Part shown: in pieces, positions 18,555 through 28,550 of the stretch
Numbering within the stretch: the stretch's first letter is position 1
Layout: every line of letters starts with the position of its first letter
DNA from: Alistipes sp.
GTDB lineage: Bacteria > Bacteroidota > Bacteroidia > Bacteroidales > Rikenellaceae
Reading direction: 5' to 3'
Assembly: GCA_017937765.1 (NCBI GenBank)
Contig: JAGBCY010000003.1
Span: forward strand, 40,550-104,549
DNA: 64,000 bases
Made by a program: the position numbers and the translations under genes
Notes under the pieces: generated by a model
Told to the model about the DNA's origin: nothing
Seen by the model: the letters and a program-made list of their open reading frames with translations, nothing else
Database searches by the model: none

Positions 18555-21500
18555 TTACAATATGCGGCCGATAACCTCATTGCGGATGTTGCCACCAGCG
18601 TTGCTATCAATGCAACCATCCAATGCAGATACCTCTACATTCTCTGCTGAGCAACCAGTTACATTAGCCTCTTTTGCAGCACCTACAATCTGACCAGCAT
18701 CGCGGCCTGCCTTAACAGTTGAAATCTTAGCAGTACAGTCCTTGACAATTACGCCAGCATTTCCAGCGTGACCAACTACGCCACCTGCCTTGTCGCCGCA
18801 AGCATCCTCATTTGCGTGGTGACACTCTACTGCTACATTGCTTACGTGGCAGTTCTCAACTGTACAACCTGCAGTCTCAAGATAGCCTGCGATAACACCT
18901 ACGTTGTGGTTGCCCTTAACAGTTGCGCCATTAACCTTTACGTCCTTAACAGTAGCGGCGTTCAACCAACCGAACAAACCTGATGAGTAGTGCTTGCCAG
19001 TCTCAGAAGTCTTGTCGATGTTAAGGTTAGAGATAGTGTAGTTCTGGCCGTCGAATGTACCCTTGAACTGAGTTGCACCAGTCTGACCTACGGGAGTCCA
19101 CTCAGCATTCTCAAGGTCGATATCAGCATCGAGCTTAACGGTCTTGCCACTGAAGTTGTTGTTTTCAACATTTACCTCGTTAGCAAACCAGAACAACTCC
19201 TTAGCATTCTTGATGATAACCACATTCTCATCGTTCTCGTCAACCTCAGGCTTTGACATAGTCGTTGATACCTCGTTGGTCTTAGCGTTGATCTCGAAGA
19301 GCATAGCCTCAGTGATAGGCTGACCATTCAAAGTACAAGTGGTAATCTTGATGTTGTCGAAGCTTGTGCTTGCCTCCTCGTGGTCGTAAGCAAACTTAAG
19401 ATCGTTGAACTTAGTAGAAGTAAGCTCGTTATTTGCGATGGTAAATGCGACATTCTCGCATATCTGAGAGTGGCTGATCTGAACACCCGCAGCAAAAGGC
19501 TCACCTGAAGTTACACAAGGATTAACGATCTTATTGTTTATAAACACCATATTCTGGCTTGACAAAGTATTGTTAAACTGGCTCTGAACGGCATAGCGCT
19601 GCTGGTCAACAAATGTACAGCCCTCGATGTTAACGTTAGCGCGTGCACGGATAGGACGCTGACCATTACAGTTGAATGTAGTATTCTTCACCGTAAGAGT
19701 GTTGCCAGTAACATCAGCGTGCTGGTTGATAGCACCCGTGGCTACGACGTTAATAGTACAATTCTGGATATCAAGAGAACCATTGTATACGCCAAAGATA
19801 TAGCCATTAGCACGTGAGAGATACCCGTTCGAATCATAGTGATTCTGAGGATTAGCATTCGTAAGAGTTATATTGCGAACGCCTACGTATGCAGTGTTAC
19901 CTGTAAGGTTAATAAGACCATCAATAGTTACATCCTCAGTTGTTGTGAGAAGAATCTTCTTGTCACTAACCAAGAAATAGCCAGCGTAGTAACCACCCTT
20001 AAGATAGATAGTGCCAACCTCAGTAGCAGAAGCCTTGCTGATAGCTGTCTTAAGCTCATCTGCATTAGAAACAACTACGATATTGGCATCAGCAGAGCCC
20101 TCGATAACCTTTGTGCCGCCCTTAACGGTTACAAGGTCAGCGTACTGCTTAGCATCCTTGTCAACCCAAACAGCATTGATAGGATCGGCAGCAACCTCAG
20201 TGATGTCGACATTCTCGAGGGTGATGTCGGCACCTGCAGCTGACTTTACGAGAATAGCTGCTTTCTCTGCTGTCTTGAAGGTTGCATCCTTAATGTTCAT
20301 AACAACCTTTGCAGGGCTATCAACATACTGCTCGTCGATCTTGATACCACGAGCATCTGCTGCATCTACAGTCAAGTCCTCGAGAGTAACATTCTGTCCG
20401 TTAGCAGTTACCCAAATTGCGTACTGACCATTATCGCTATTTACAGTAACGTCCTTAACCACAGCACTCTTCTCGAAGTTTACAGGAGTAGTTGTAACGT
20501 TGTACATCTCGACATCGCAATTGTAGTTAATGTGAGTGCGAAGTCTATCACCAGTGTTGTGGCCTGATGTATTAATGTTCAAGTCCTTAAGAACAAGTGT
20601 GGCATTAGTTGCGACGTTGCTCCAGTCTGAATCCTTAAGGTTGAATGTCAGAGTGTAGGGCTGTGCTGCGCGAGTATTCTCAACACCGCTGATGGTGATG
20701 GTCTTAGTCTTGTCGCCACCCATATTAGATGCTTCAGCAGCTACGTCGTAGGTGAGGTTAGCACCAAGAACTACTGCGATGTTCTCAACGTTCTGAGTAA
20801 GAGCATCCTTAAGCTCCTCGTTTGTGGTAATAACATTACCGCCATCGTTGTGATAGCCAGCGAAGCTCTCGTCGATAGTAACGGTGAAGTCGTTATCGTC
20901 GGTGAGGAGGTTACCCTTAACCGTTGTGAGGTAGTTGCGCTCAACGGGGATCTCGGTGTTGAAGTTAAGAGTGGTTGTAGAACCCCCGTCGTTGTAGCCG
21001 ATATACATTTCGAACTGGATAGAACCCTTAGCTGTGCCGAACAAGTAGTCGGTAAAGAGCGTGCGGTTAACTGTGTCATCAAAGTCGTCGTACACGTTCG
21101 CGAGAGTGTAGTCGAAGGCCTTTGCGCTTGCGTTCTTAGCCTCAGCTGCAAATGCGTCGAAGCCTCTGTAAACGTCGGTGCGATACTCTACCTGTACCTT
21201 CTCGGGCAAGATGCCATAGAGCTCGTCGATGTCGGTAGTGACAACGCGGAGCTTAGCGAAGGGACGAGTAAGCGTGAGGTCGATAGTAGAGCTGCTGTTG
21301 TAACCCTCGATGCGCTTAACGCCAGTGTAAGCGTCGCGCAACTCGTTCATAGCAGTCCACTTGCCCTCAACAACAGATACGTTGCGGAGACCTGCACCCT
21401 CGGCGTCGGTGTTGTAGTAGCAGTCAGCCTTAGAGCCATTCTCTACGAAGTCGGCCCAAACAACAAAGTTGTAGTCACGGTTAGGGATAAGACGGAGGTC

Positions 21501-21779
21501 GAATACTACGGTACCTGCGTCGCTGAGCTTAGTGTCACGCTCCTTAACGAGCTTACCAGCGTCGTTATACACCTCGAGGATGTAACGGATGTCGTGAGTT
21601 GCAGAATTGAAGTGTGTGAGGCCACCAACATCACTGCCGGCACGTGTTGCCTCGGGAAGAGTCACGCTGAGGGTAGTGTTTACAGTACCATCAGCATTCA
21701 CATTGAGACCCTCGGGGTCATTCTGGCAAGCTGCTAATCCAAGCACCAATGCCACCAAAGCGAAAAATTTTGCTTTCAT
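18555..21779 (-). CDS. Large DUF6562/fimbrillin-like lipoprotein with beta-helix/GLUG-like extension
   Basis: Lipobox GLAAC; ATRA; IRYILEVY, FVVWADFV, LTRPFAKLRVVTTD, IPVERNYLTTVKGNLLT; C-terminal VKLDADIDL...WTPVG...FKGTFDGQNYTISNL. Confidence 0.8.
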   Translation of the reverse strand: MKAKFFALVALVLGLAACQNDPEGLNVNADGTVNTTLSVTLPEATRAGSDVGGLTHFNSATHDIRYILEVYNDAGKLVKERDTKLSDAGTVVFDLRLIPNRDYNFVVWADFVENGSKADCYYNTDAEGAGLRNVSVVEGKWTAMNELRDAYTGVKRIEGYNSSSTIDLTLTRPFAKLRVVTTDIDELYGILPEKVQVEYRTDVYRGFDAFAAEAKNASAKAFDYTLANVYDDFDDTVNRTLFTDYLFGTAKGSIQFEMYIGYNDGGSTTTLNFNTEIPVERNYLTTVKGNLLTDDNDFTVTIDESFAGYHNDGGNVITTNEELKDALTQNVENIAVVLGANLTYDVAAEASNMGGDKTKTITISGVENTRAAQPYTLTFNLKDSDWSNVATNATLVLKDLNINTSGHNTGDRLRTHINYNCDVEMYNVTTTPVNFEKSAVVKDVTVNSDNGQYAIWVTANGQNVTLEDLTVDAADARGIKIDEQYVDSPAKVVMNIKDATFKTAEKAAILVKSAAGADITLENVDITEVAADPINAVWVDKDAKQYADLVTVKGGTKVIEGSADANIVVVSNADELKTAISKASATEVGTIYLKGGYYAGYFLVSDKKILLTTTEDVTIDGLINLTGNTAYVGVRNITLTNANPQNHYDSNGYLSRANGYIFGVYNGSLDIQNCTINVVATGAINQHADVTGNTLTVKNTTFNCNGQRPIRARANVNIEGCTFVDQQRYAVQSQFNNTLSSQNMVFINNKIVNPCVTSGEPFAAGVQISHSQICENVAFTIANNELTSTKFNDLKFAYDHEEASTSFDNIKITTCTLNGQPITEAMLFEINAKTNEVSTTMSKPEVDENDENVVIIKNAKELFWFANEVNVENNNFSGKTVKLDADIDLENAEWTPVGQTGATQFKGTFDGQNYTISNLNIDKTSETGKHYSSGLFGWLNAATVKDVKVNGATVKGNHNVGVIAGYLETAGCTVENCHVSNVAVECHHANEDACGDKAGGVVGHAGNAGVIVKDCTAKISTVKAGRDAGQIVGAAKEANVTGCSAENVEVSALDGCIDSNAGGNIRNEVIGRIL

Positions 21780-21877
21780 AGATTTGTTAATTAATGTTTG
21801 TTATATGTTTTGCTTTCGTCACATATTTTGCACACTCCTAAGAATCGGTCTTGGGCTTTGAACTCCAAAGTTTGTCA

Positions 21878-22081
21878 GCCCTCCAACTTTCGAGCCACCC
21901 GATCTTCGGCCGCCCTCCAACTTTCGAGCCACCCGATCTTCGGCCGCCCTCCAACTTTCGAGCTACCCGATCTTTGGCCGCCCTCCAACTTTCGAGCCAC
22001 CCGATCTTCGGACGCCCTCCAATTCTTGAGCCACCCAATCTTCGGACGCCCTCCAATTCTTGAGCCACTCAATCTTCGGCC
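21878..22081. repeat. Tandem repeat, 6 x 34 bp
   Basis: Unit GCCCTCCAACTTTCGAGCCACCCGATCTTCGGCC starting at 21878, 21912, 21946, 21980, 22014 and 22048; no spacers. Confidence 0.95.
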
Positions 22082-22323
22082 ATCGCTCTAATTGCCCCTC
22101 TCCTTGAGGTGCCGCATCTTTTGCTCCGGGATAATAGATCGCAGGTCTGCAACTACAACCTTTGCCCCTCGCGTATGTATGCGGGCGTGTGCGCGGGATT
22201 AGCGAACAATAACCGTCTAAGACGGTGATATACAACCGGTTGCAAATTTCAGATGATATGGCCTCTGCAGTTCGGCTAACTCATTGATCTCTGCTTGGTT
22301 GTATTTTGGACGCTAATCTGTTA

Positions 22324-22355
22324 CAAATGTAGTGAAAATCAATTAAACTGCCAAA
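22324..22355 (-). promoter_or_regulatory. sigma-A promoter for the DUF6562-like array (leader about 540 nt)
   Basis: TTTG-N20-TACATTTG on the minus strand, downstream of the yidC terminator. Confidence 0.65.
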
Positions 22356-22440
22356 TATTTATAATGAAAAAATCGAGAAAATTTCGCGCGCGCGTGCATA
22401 ATGCACGTTATAATACATTGTGGCGCGGATTCCGACGCGC

Positions 22441-22472
22441 AAAAAAATCCCGAGACTGATGCCTCGGGATTT
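22441..22472 (-). terminator. Intrinsic terminator after yidC
   Basis: ATCCCGAG...CTCGGGAT stem followed by T7 on the minus strand. Confidence 0.8.
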
Positions 22473-22495
22473 GTGTGTTTGAGGTGTGACCTCTG

Positions 22496-24427
22496 TTAGT
22501 GACGCTGGCGTCGCTGCTCGCGGTTGAGGGTCTCCTGCTGCTGGCGCAGAGCCTCCTCGTAACGCTCCTGGAACTTCGACTTCTTCTTAGGCTTGTGCGC
22601 GAGGAGCTTCTCGCGTACCTTCTCGTCGTTGACGCTGCGACGGATGACAAACATAATGATCATCGTGAAGAGCTGCGACAGGAAGTAGTAGTAGCACAAT
22701 CCCGACGAGAAGCTGTTCATCACGCAGAGCATCATAATGGGCATAAAGTACACCATCATAAACTTCATCATACCTGCACCCGGCTGGCCGGCAGTAGCGG
22801 CAGCCTGCTGCTTGTAGGTGAAGAACGAGTAGCCGAAGATCGAGAGGGTCATAAGCAACGCAAAGAGGCTCACGTGGTCGCCGTAGAACGGTATGTTGAA
22901 TGGCAACTCGAGGACGCTATCGTACGACGATAGGTCGTCGGCCCACAAGAACTTCTGGCCGCGTAGCTCGATACTTGCAGGGAAGAAGCGGAACATAGCC
23001 CACAGGATAGGCATCTGGATAAGCAACGGCAGACAGCCACCCATAGGACTCACGCCCACCTTCTGGTAGAGCTCCATCGTCGCCTGCTGCTTCTTCATCG
23101 CATCGTCGGGGTTGGGGTACTTCTGGTTGATGGCCTCCATCTCGGGACGTATGGCGCGCATCTTAGCCGTCGACATATAGCTCTTGTAGGTGAGCGGCAG
23201 GATTACAAGCTTAACCAAGATTGTGAGGATCAAGATGATAAGACCGAAGCCGAGGCCGTGGTCGCTCAGCCAGTGGAATACGGGGATGGTGACGATGCGG
23301 TTGATCCAGCCGATAAGCCATCCGCCCATCGGGATGAGGTCCTCGAGGTGCGAGGCCTCGCCCTTGAACTCCACATCCTTCATAATCTTGAAGTCGTTAG
23401 GACCGTAGTAGAGTGCGAGGTTGTACTGCTCCTCCCCGGCGGTGTGGGGGATGATCACGCGTGAGTCGAACTCCTTGACGAAGCCCTGCTTGGCATCCTT
23501 TGCGCGTTTGAAACTCATACCTGCGTGGATGACATCATCGGCGATAAGTGCCGACGAGAAGTACTGCTGCTTGAAGGCCACCCACTCGAGGCCACGGTGG
23601 TGCTCGCGCTCGCCATCGGCATCGATCTCCTCCATCTCCTCATCCTCGGCAGTGAAGTAGGCGATGGTCGTAGCCATTGCTTCGTTGTCGAAGCTGCGCT
23701 CGTTCTGGTTGCTGCGGTTCTTCCACTGAAGTACCACCTCGTCAGCGCGGCGCAACATCGGGTCGATGTTGTGCTGGTTGAGGGTGAAGTCGATCAGATA
23801 GTCGCGGCTCGGGTTGCCCGTGTTATAGAGCGTGTAGACATACTGCACGTAGGCGTCGTGGTCGATGGGAAGAGTCATCGTCACAGTCTGGTAATCATCA
23901 CCACGCTCGACCTTCGAGTCGAAGAGATAGTCGTTGGTATTCAACGCCTTGCTTCCCTCGTGACGATGGATGTCGAGACCGAACTTCGCAGAGCCGGGGG
24001 TTATGAGTTGCACCTTCTCGGTGCGCTCACCGTCGGCATAGCGCGTGTAGTTCTCGAGCGTCACGTCGACAATCTTACCACCGCGGCTATCGAACACGAC
24101 AGTCATAAACTCGTTACGCAGGGTGTCGAGCGTCGATGCGCCCTCGCGTCGTGCGTAGAGCGTCGAGCCGTGGCGATAGAGCTCGGCGTTCATCTTCTCG
24201 GCCTGAGCCAGTGAGTCGCGCTGGTGCTTCTCCTCGGGCGTCATAGCCTCCTCGAGCATACGTTCGGCCTCGAGTTCAGCGGCACGCTGTGCCTCCTTGA
24301 ACTGCTCCTGACGAGCTCTCTCGCGTGCAATCTTCTGCTGCTCCTCCATCTCGTTGCTCTGGTAGAACGAGAAGCCGACGAAGACAGCAATCATCAGTAC
24401 AATACCAATAATAGTATTTTTGTCCAT
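22496..24427 (-). CDS. yidC: Membrane protein insertase
   Basis: MDKNTIIG, WVAFKQQYFSS, YYGPN, GGCLPLLIQMPI, FLWADDLS. Confidence 0.96.
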   Translation of the reverse strand: MDKNTIIGIVLMIAVFVGFSFYQSNEMEEQQKIARERARQEQFKEAQRAAELEAERMLEEAMTPEEKHQRDSLAQAEKMNAELYRHGSTLYARREGASTLDTLRNEFMTVVFDSRGGKIVDVTLENYTRYADGERTEKVQLITPGSAKFGLDIHRHEGSKALNTNDYLFDSKVERGDDYQTVTMTLPIDHDAYVQYVYTLYNTGNPSRDYLIDFTLNQHNIDPMLRRADEVVLQWKNRSNQNERSFDNEAMATTIAYFTAEDEEMEEIDADGEREHHRGLEWVAFKQQYFSSALIADDVIHAGMSFKRAKDAKQGFVKEFDSRVIIPHTAGEEQYNLALYYGPNDFKIMKDVEFKGEASHLEDLIPMGGWLIGWINRIVTIPVFHWLSDHGLGFGLIILILTILVKLVILPLTYKSYMSTAKMRAIRPEMEAINQKYPNPDDAMKKQQATMELYQKVGVSPMGGCLPLLIQMPILWAMFRFFPASIELRGQKFLWADDLSSYDSVLELPFNIPFYGDHVSLFALLMTLSIFGYSFFTYKQQAAATAGQPGAGMMKFMMVYFMPIMMLCVMNSFSSGLCYYYFLSQLFTMIIMFVIRRSVNDEKVREKLLAHKPKKKSKFQERYEEALRQQQETLNREQRRQRH

Positions 24428-24485
24428 TCCTAATTTTTAGTTTTTACTTAACATCAGTCGTCCTAACGCTGTGTTGGACGAATTA

Positions 24486-26114
24486 TTACTTCTCGGCAGC
24501 CTCGTCGCGATACTTGAGGGCCTCCTGAACAAATCTCACGAACAATGGATGAGGATTTGCCGCCGTAGAGTGGTACTCGGGGTGGTACTGCGTACCCACG
24601 AACCAGCGGTGTGACGGAATCTCCACAACCTCAACAAGGTTGGTGTCTGGGTTGAGACCCACGGCCTTCATACCTGCAGCCTCGAAGTCGGCGAGGAATG
24701 CGCTGTTGAACTCGTAGCGATGGCGGTGACGTTCAACTACATTGTTCGAGCCGTAAGCCTCGGCAACGTGCGACCCCTCGGCCAAGTGGCAGGGATAGCC
24801 ACCAAGACGCATAGTGCCACCCTTAGCCGTCACGTTCTTCTGCTCCTCCATAAGGTCGATGACGGCGTGCTTCGTCTGAGCCATCTCGCTCGAGTTGGCG
24901 TCGTTCCAGCCGATGACGTTGCGTGCAAACTCGATAACGGCGCACTGCATACCGAGGCAGATACCGAAGAAGGGAACGTTGTTCTCGCGGGCATAGCGCA
25001 CAGCAACGAGCTTACCCTCGATACCGCGATTACCAAAGCCCGGGGCAACCATCACGGCTGCCATCTTACCCAAATGCTCGCGCACGTTGTCGATGGTGAG
25101 ACGCTCCGAGTTGATGTAGTGGAGCTTGACCTTGACCTCGTTAACGGCACCTGCGTGGATGAACGACTCGCTGATCGACTTATAAGCGTCGGGCAGCTCT
25201 GTGTACTTACCAACAAGGGCGATATCCACCGTGCTCTTCGGGTTCTTGATGCGCTCGACAAATGCTCGCCACTCGGTCATATCGGGCTCCTGTTCCGACT
25301 CTAAGCCGAGCTTCTCGAGCAATACACCGTCGAGGTTTTGCTCGTGCATACGCAAGGGCACCTCGTAGATCGTCGGCACGTCGATAGACTGCACAACGGC
25401 CTCGGGCGTGACGTTGCAGAAGAGTGCTACCTTACGACGGATATCCTGACTCAGGTCGTGCTCCGAGCGGAGTACGAGGATGTCGGGCTGGAGACCATAC
25501 GACAAAAGCTCCTTCACCGAGTGCTGCGTGGGCTTGGTCTTAAGCTCGCCCGATGCCGCCATATAGGGGATGAGCGTGAGGTGCACAAGGACGGTGTTCT
25601 GATAGCCAAGCTGGTAGCGCAACTGACGTACCGACTCGATGAACGGCAACGACTCGATGTCGCCCACCGTACCGCCGATCTCGGTGATGATGACGTCGTA
25701 CTTCTTCGTAGCACCGAGCAACTGCACGCGACGCTTGATCTCATCGGTGATGTGCGGGATTACCTGCACGGTCTTACCGAGGAACTCACCGCTACGCTCC
25801 TTCTCGATGACACACTGGTAGATCTTACCCGTGGTGACGTTGTTGTTCTTGGTGGTCTGTATCGAGGTGAAACGCTCGTAGTGGCCGAGGTCGAGGTCGG
25901 TCTCGGTACCATCCTCCGTAACGTAGCACTCGCCGTGCTCGTAGGGGTTGAGCGTGCCAGGGTCGACGTTGATATATGGGTCGAGCTTCTGGATTGTCAC
26001 CGAGTAGCCGCGAGCCTGAAGCAGGCGGGCGATAGATGCCGAGATGATACCCTTGCCAAGAGACGAGGCGACGCCTCCCGTGACAAAGATGTACTTTGGT
26101 TTAGATAGTTTCAT
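24486..26114 (-). CDS. pyrG: CTP synthase
   Basis: KYIFVTGGVASSLGKG, KTKPTQHSV, GICLGMQ, RHRHRYE, QYHPE. Confidence 0.98.
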   Translation of the reverse strand: MKLSKPKYIFVTGGVASSLGKGIISASIARLLQARGYSVTIQKLDPYINVDPGTLNPYEHGECYVTEDGTETDLDLGHYERFTSIQTTKNNNVTTGKIYQCVIEKERSGEFLGKTVQVIPHITDEIKRRVQLLGATKKYDVIITEIGGTVGDIESLPFIESVRQLRYQLGYQNTVLVHLTLIPYMAASGELKTKPTQHSVKELLSYGLQPDILVLRSEHDLSQDIRRKVALFCNVTPEAVVQSIDVPTIYEVPLRMHEQNLDGVLLEKLGLESEQEPDMTEWRAFVERIKNPKSTVDIALVGKYTELPDAYKSISESFIHAGAVNEVKVKLHYINSERLTIDNVREHLGKMAAVMVAPGFGNRGIEGKLVAVRYARENNVPFFGICLGMQCAVIEFARNVIGWNDANSSEMAQTKHAVIDLMEEQKNVTAKGGTMRLGGYPCHLAEGSHVAEAYGSNNVVERHRHRYEFNSAFLADFEAAGMKAVGLNPDTNLVEVVEIPSHRWFVGTQYHPEYHSTAANPHPLFVRFVQEALKYRDEAAEK

Positions 26115-26210
26115 AGCTATATCTGTTTTACTTTTTCAAATCTGGCGATTCAATCTCACATTCACTTTAATTATGGCAATTCGATTTCGCTTGCCGAGTG
26201 GGGGGGTGTA

Positions 26211-28169
26211 CTATGCCTGCTTGTTCTTGCTCTCCTCGGCGTCGATGAGCTTCACCTTCTCGATAAGCTCTGCCATATCGCGTTTCGTACGCTCGATCTT
26301 CTCGCGTACGTCGGCGATGAGAGCCTCGGCGTTCTTCGACTTCGAGAAGAAGCCGATGTTGTTCTCCAGGAGGGCGATATCCTGCTCCATCTGGCGCACC
26401 TTGTTGAAGAGACGCTCGCGCTCCGAACGCAGCTGGCCGCCGCTCTTCATATTCGATACGCGCTCCTTAAAGCGGTTCATCGAGCGGTCGCGCTCCGACG
26501 AACGAAGCGTAGCGAACATAGCATCAACCACAGCCTTATACTCCTTCTGCAACGCATCCTTCTGCTTGATGGGCACAAAGCCGATCTGGCTCCAGCGACG
26601 CTGGTACTCCTTGATAGCCTCGAAGCCACCAGCCTTGATGTCGGCAGCCTTCATCTCCTCGAGCAATGCCTGCTTCTGGCGGAGGTTCTCCTCGTGCTCG
26701 GTGTCGATATGCGAGAAGTGCTCAGCCTTACGCTCGAAGAAACGGTCGCAAGCGGCACGGAAACGCTTCCAGATAGCATCCGAGTGGCGGCGTGCCACGG
26801 GGCCCACCTGTTTCCACTTGGCCTGCAAGGCGATGAGCTCATCGGTGGCGTGCTTCCAATCCTCGCTCGTGGCCAATGCCTCGGCCTCGGCGCAGAGCTC
26901 GTTCTTGATAGCGAGGTTATGCTCCATCTCGTTCTTCATACCAGCGTAGTAGTCGCGCTTAAGCTCGAAGAAACGGTCGCAAGCGGTACGGAAACGCTCG
27001 TAGATGCGGTTGTTATCCTTCTTGGGTGCGAAGCCGATGGTCTTCCAAACCTTCTGAATCTCGAGCAGCTCCTCGCTGGCCTTGTTCCAGTCCTTGCGCG
27101 AGAGCATCGGGCGGGCAACCAGAGCCTCGGTCTTCTCGCAGAGCTCCTGCTTAAGGGCAAGGTTCTTCATCTGCTCGGCCTTGAGACCCTCGAAGTGCTC
27201 CTGATGACGCTTGTTGATACGGCTCGAAGCCTCCTTGAAACGCTCCCACAACGACTCCTTGAACTCGAGAGCCACGGGGCCGGTCTCGCGCCACTCGTCG
27301 TGGAGCTTCTGTAGCTTGCGGAATGCCTCGACAACCTGAGTCTCGAGTGCGAGCTCCTCGGCCTGCTCGCAGAGGCTGAGCTTCACCTCGTAGTTCTTCT
27401 TGAGGTCGAGGTCGCGAAGCTCCTTGTTGATCTTGATGAAGTTATAGAAATTCTCGACGTGGAGGTTGTATGTCTCCCACAAATCCTTCACGTTCTGCTG
27501 GGGTACAAGGCCCGTCTCCTTCCACTCGTGCTGAAGCTCGCGGAAGCGTGCAAAGGTCGAGTTCATCGTCTCGTCCGAGTTGATAAGCTCCTTGAGCTCG
27601 TCGATGATACGGAGCTTGATCTTGAGGTTCTCCTCCTTGCTTGCCTCGAGCTCAGCAATGTGCTTGTCGCGCTCGTTGCGGTAGATGGCGAAGAGTTCCT
27701 TGAAACGCTGCTCCTCCTCATCGGGCGTGGGGGTGAATGCCTCGTCGCTGCCACCTGCCTCGATGAAGGCGCGCTTCTCGGCCTCCACCTTTGCGCGGTG
27801 CTGCTTGTAGAAAGCTATTTTTATGGCCTCGACAACGGGGCGTAGTGTCTGCACCGGCTCCGACTCTATCTTGGCTGCGAAGAGAGCCACGAGCTCATTC
27901 TCGTCCAGACCCGAGAGGTCGTCGCCAGCTTCGGGAGCTGCCTCCTCTTCGTCGGTCTCGTCGCCGATCTCGAGTCCTGCCTCGTCGGCTGCGAGAGCTG
28001 CCTCCTCATCTGCGAAGGTCTCGGTCATTGTGTCGGTCGGGTTTTCAACCTTGCTTGCCTCCTCGGCTGCGGGTGTCACACGCTGGGTGTCGGTAGTTGT
28101 CTGCGCATCTTCGGCAATGGTGCCGACGGGCTTCTCAGAAGCCGTAAGATTGATTTTTTCAGTAGCCAT
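26211..28169 (-). CDS. DUF349 domain-containing protein
   Basis: Repeated helical units LQ..WK..G.VP...IW.RFR.ACD.FF; acidic N-terminus. Confidence 0.88.
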   Translation of the reverse strand: MATEKINLTASEKPVGTIAEDAQTTTDTQRVTPAAEEASKVENPTDTMTETFADEEAALAADEAGLEIGDETDEEEAAPEAGDDLSGLDENELVALFAAKIESEPVQTLRPVVEAIKIAFYKQHRAKVEAEKRAFIEAGGSDEAFTPTPDEEEQRFKELFAIYRNERDKHIAELEASKEENLKIKLRIIDELKELINSDETMNSTFARFRELQHEWKETGLVPQQNVKDLWETYNLHVENFYNFIKINKELRDLDLKKNYEVKLSLCEQAEELALETQVVEAFRKLQKLHDEWRETGPVALEFKESLWERFKEASSRINKRHQEHFEGLKAEQMKNLALKQELCEKTEALVARPMLSRKDWNKASEELLEIQKVWKTIGFAPKKDNNRIYERFRTACDRFFELKRDYYAGMKNEMEHNLAIKNELCAEAEALATSEDWKHATDELIALQAKWKQVGPVARRHSDAIWKRFRAACDRFFERKAEHFSHIDTEHEENLRQKQALLEEMKAADIKAGGFEAIKEYQRRWSQIGFVPIKQKDALQKEYKAVVDAMFATLRSSERDRSMNRFKERVSNMKSGGQLRSERERLFNKVRQMEQDIALLENNIGFFSKSKNAEALIADVREKIERTKRDMAELIEKVKLIDAEESKNKQA

Positions 28170-28550
28170 CGTAAAATAGTTTTAGTTGATCCTTCGCGCC
28201 ATAGCGACGCGTTAACGTGCAAATATACGAATTCTTTTTCAAAGAAAAAATATATCGGCGCATTTATTTGCGCGCGACATCGAAATCTCTTTTCGCAAGC
28301 CCGTTGTATCTTATGCGTAATATGGTTGAAATATCGCCGATATGTCGCACGAGGAATTGGATAGTTACGTTTCGGTTGTGACGATAAAAAAAAAGGGAAT
28401 TTAGGCCCTCGAAAAATGGTCAAAAAAAAATCTTCGAAATAATTGGAAAGTCACGGTAATTTTTGTACCTTTGTTGAGATTTAACGGGCGCGTGTTGCTC
28501 GCTGTGAAACAAGATTCGAATTAACGTATTAACTATAAAAACACACTGCA

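Noticed and set aside
21878-22081. CRISPR array
   Set aside because: The 34-bp units are contiguous with no unique spacers, and there are no cas genes in the window
21798-22235. Short ORFs on both strands over the tandem repeat
   Set aside because: They are by-products of the repeat, with periodic low-complexity translations and no convincing starts
22100-22440. Invertible promoter for the adhesin array
   Set aside because: No inverted-repeat pair flanking the promoter was found and no recombinase is adjacent
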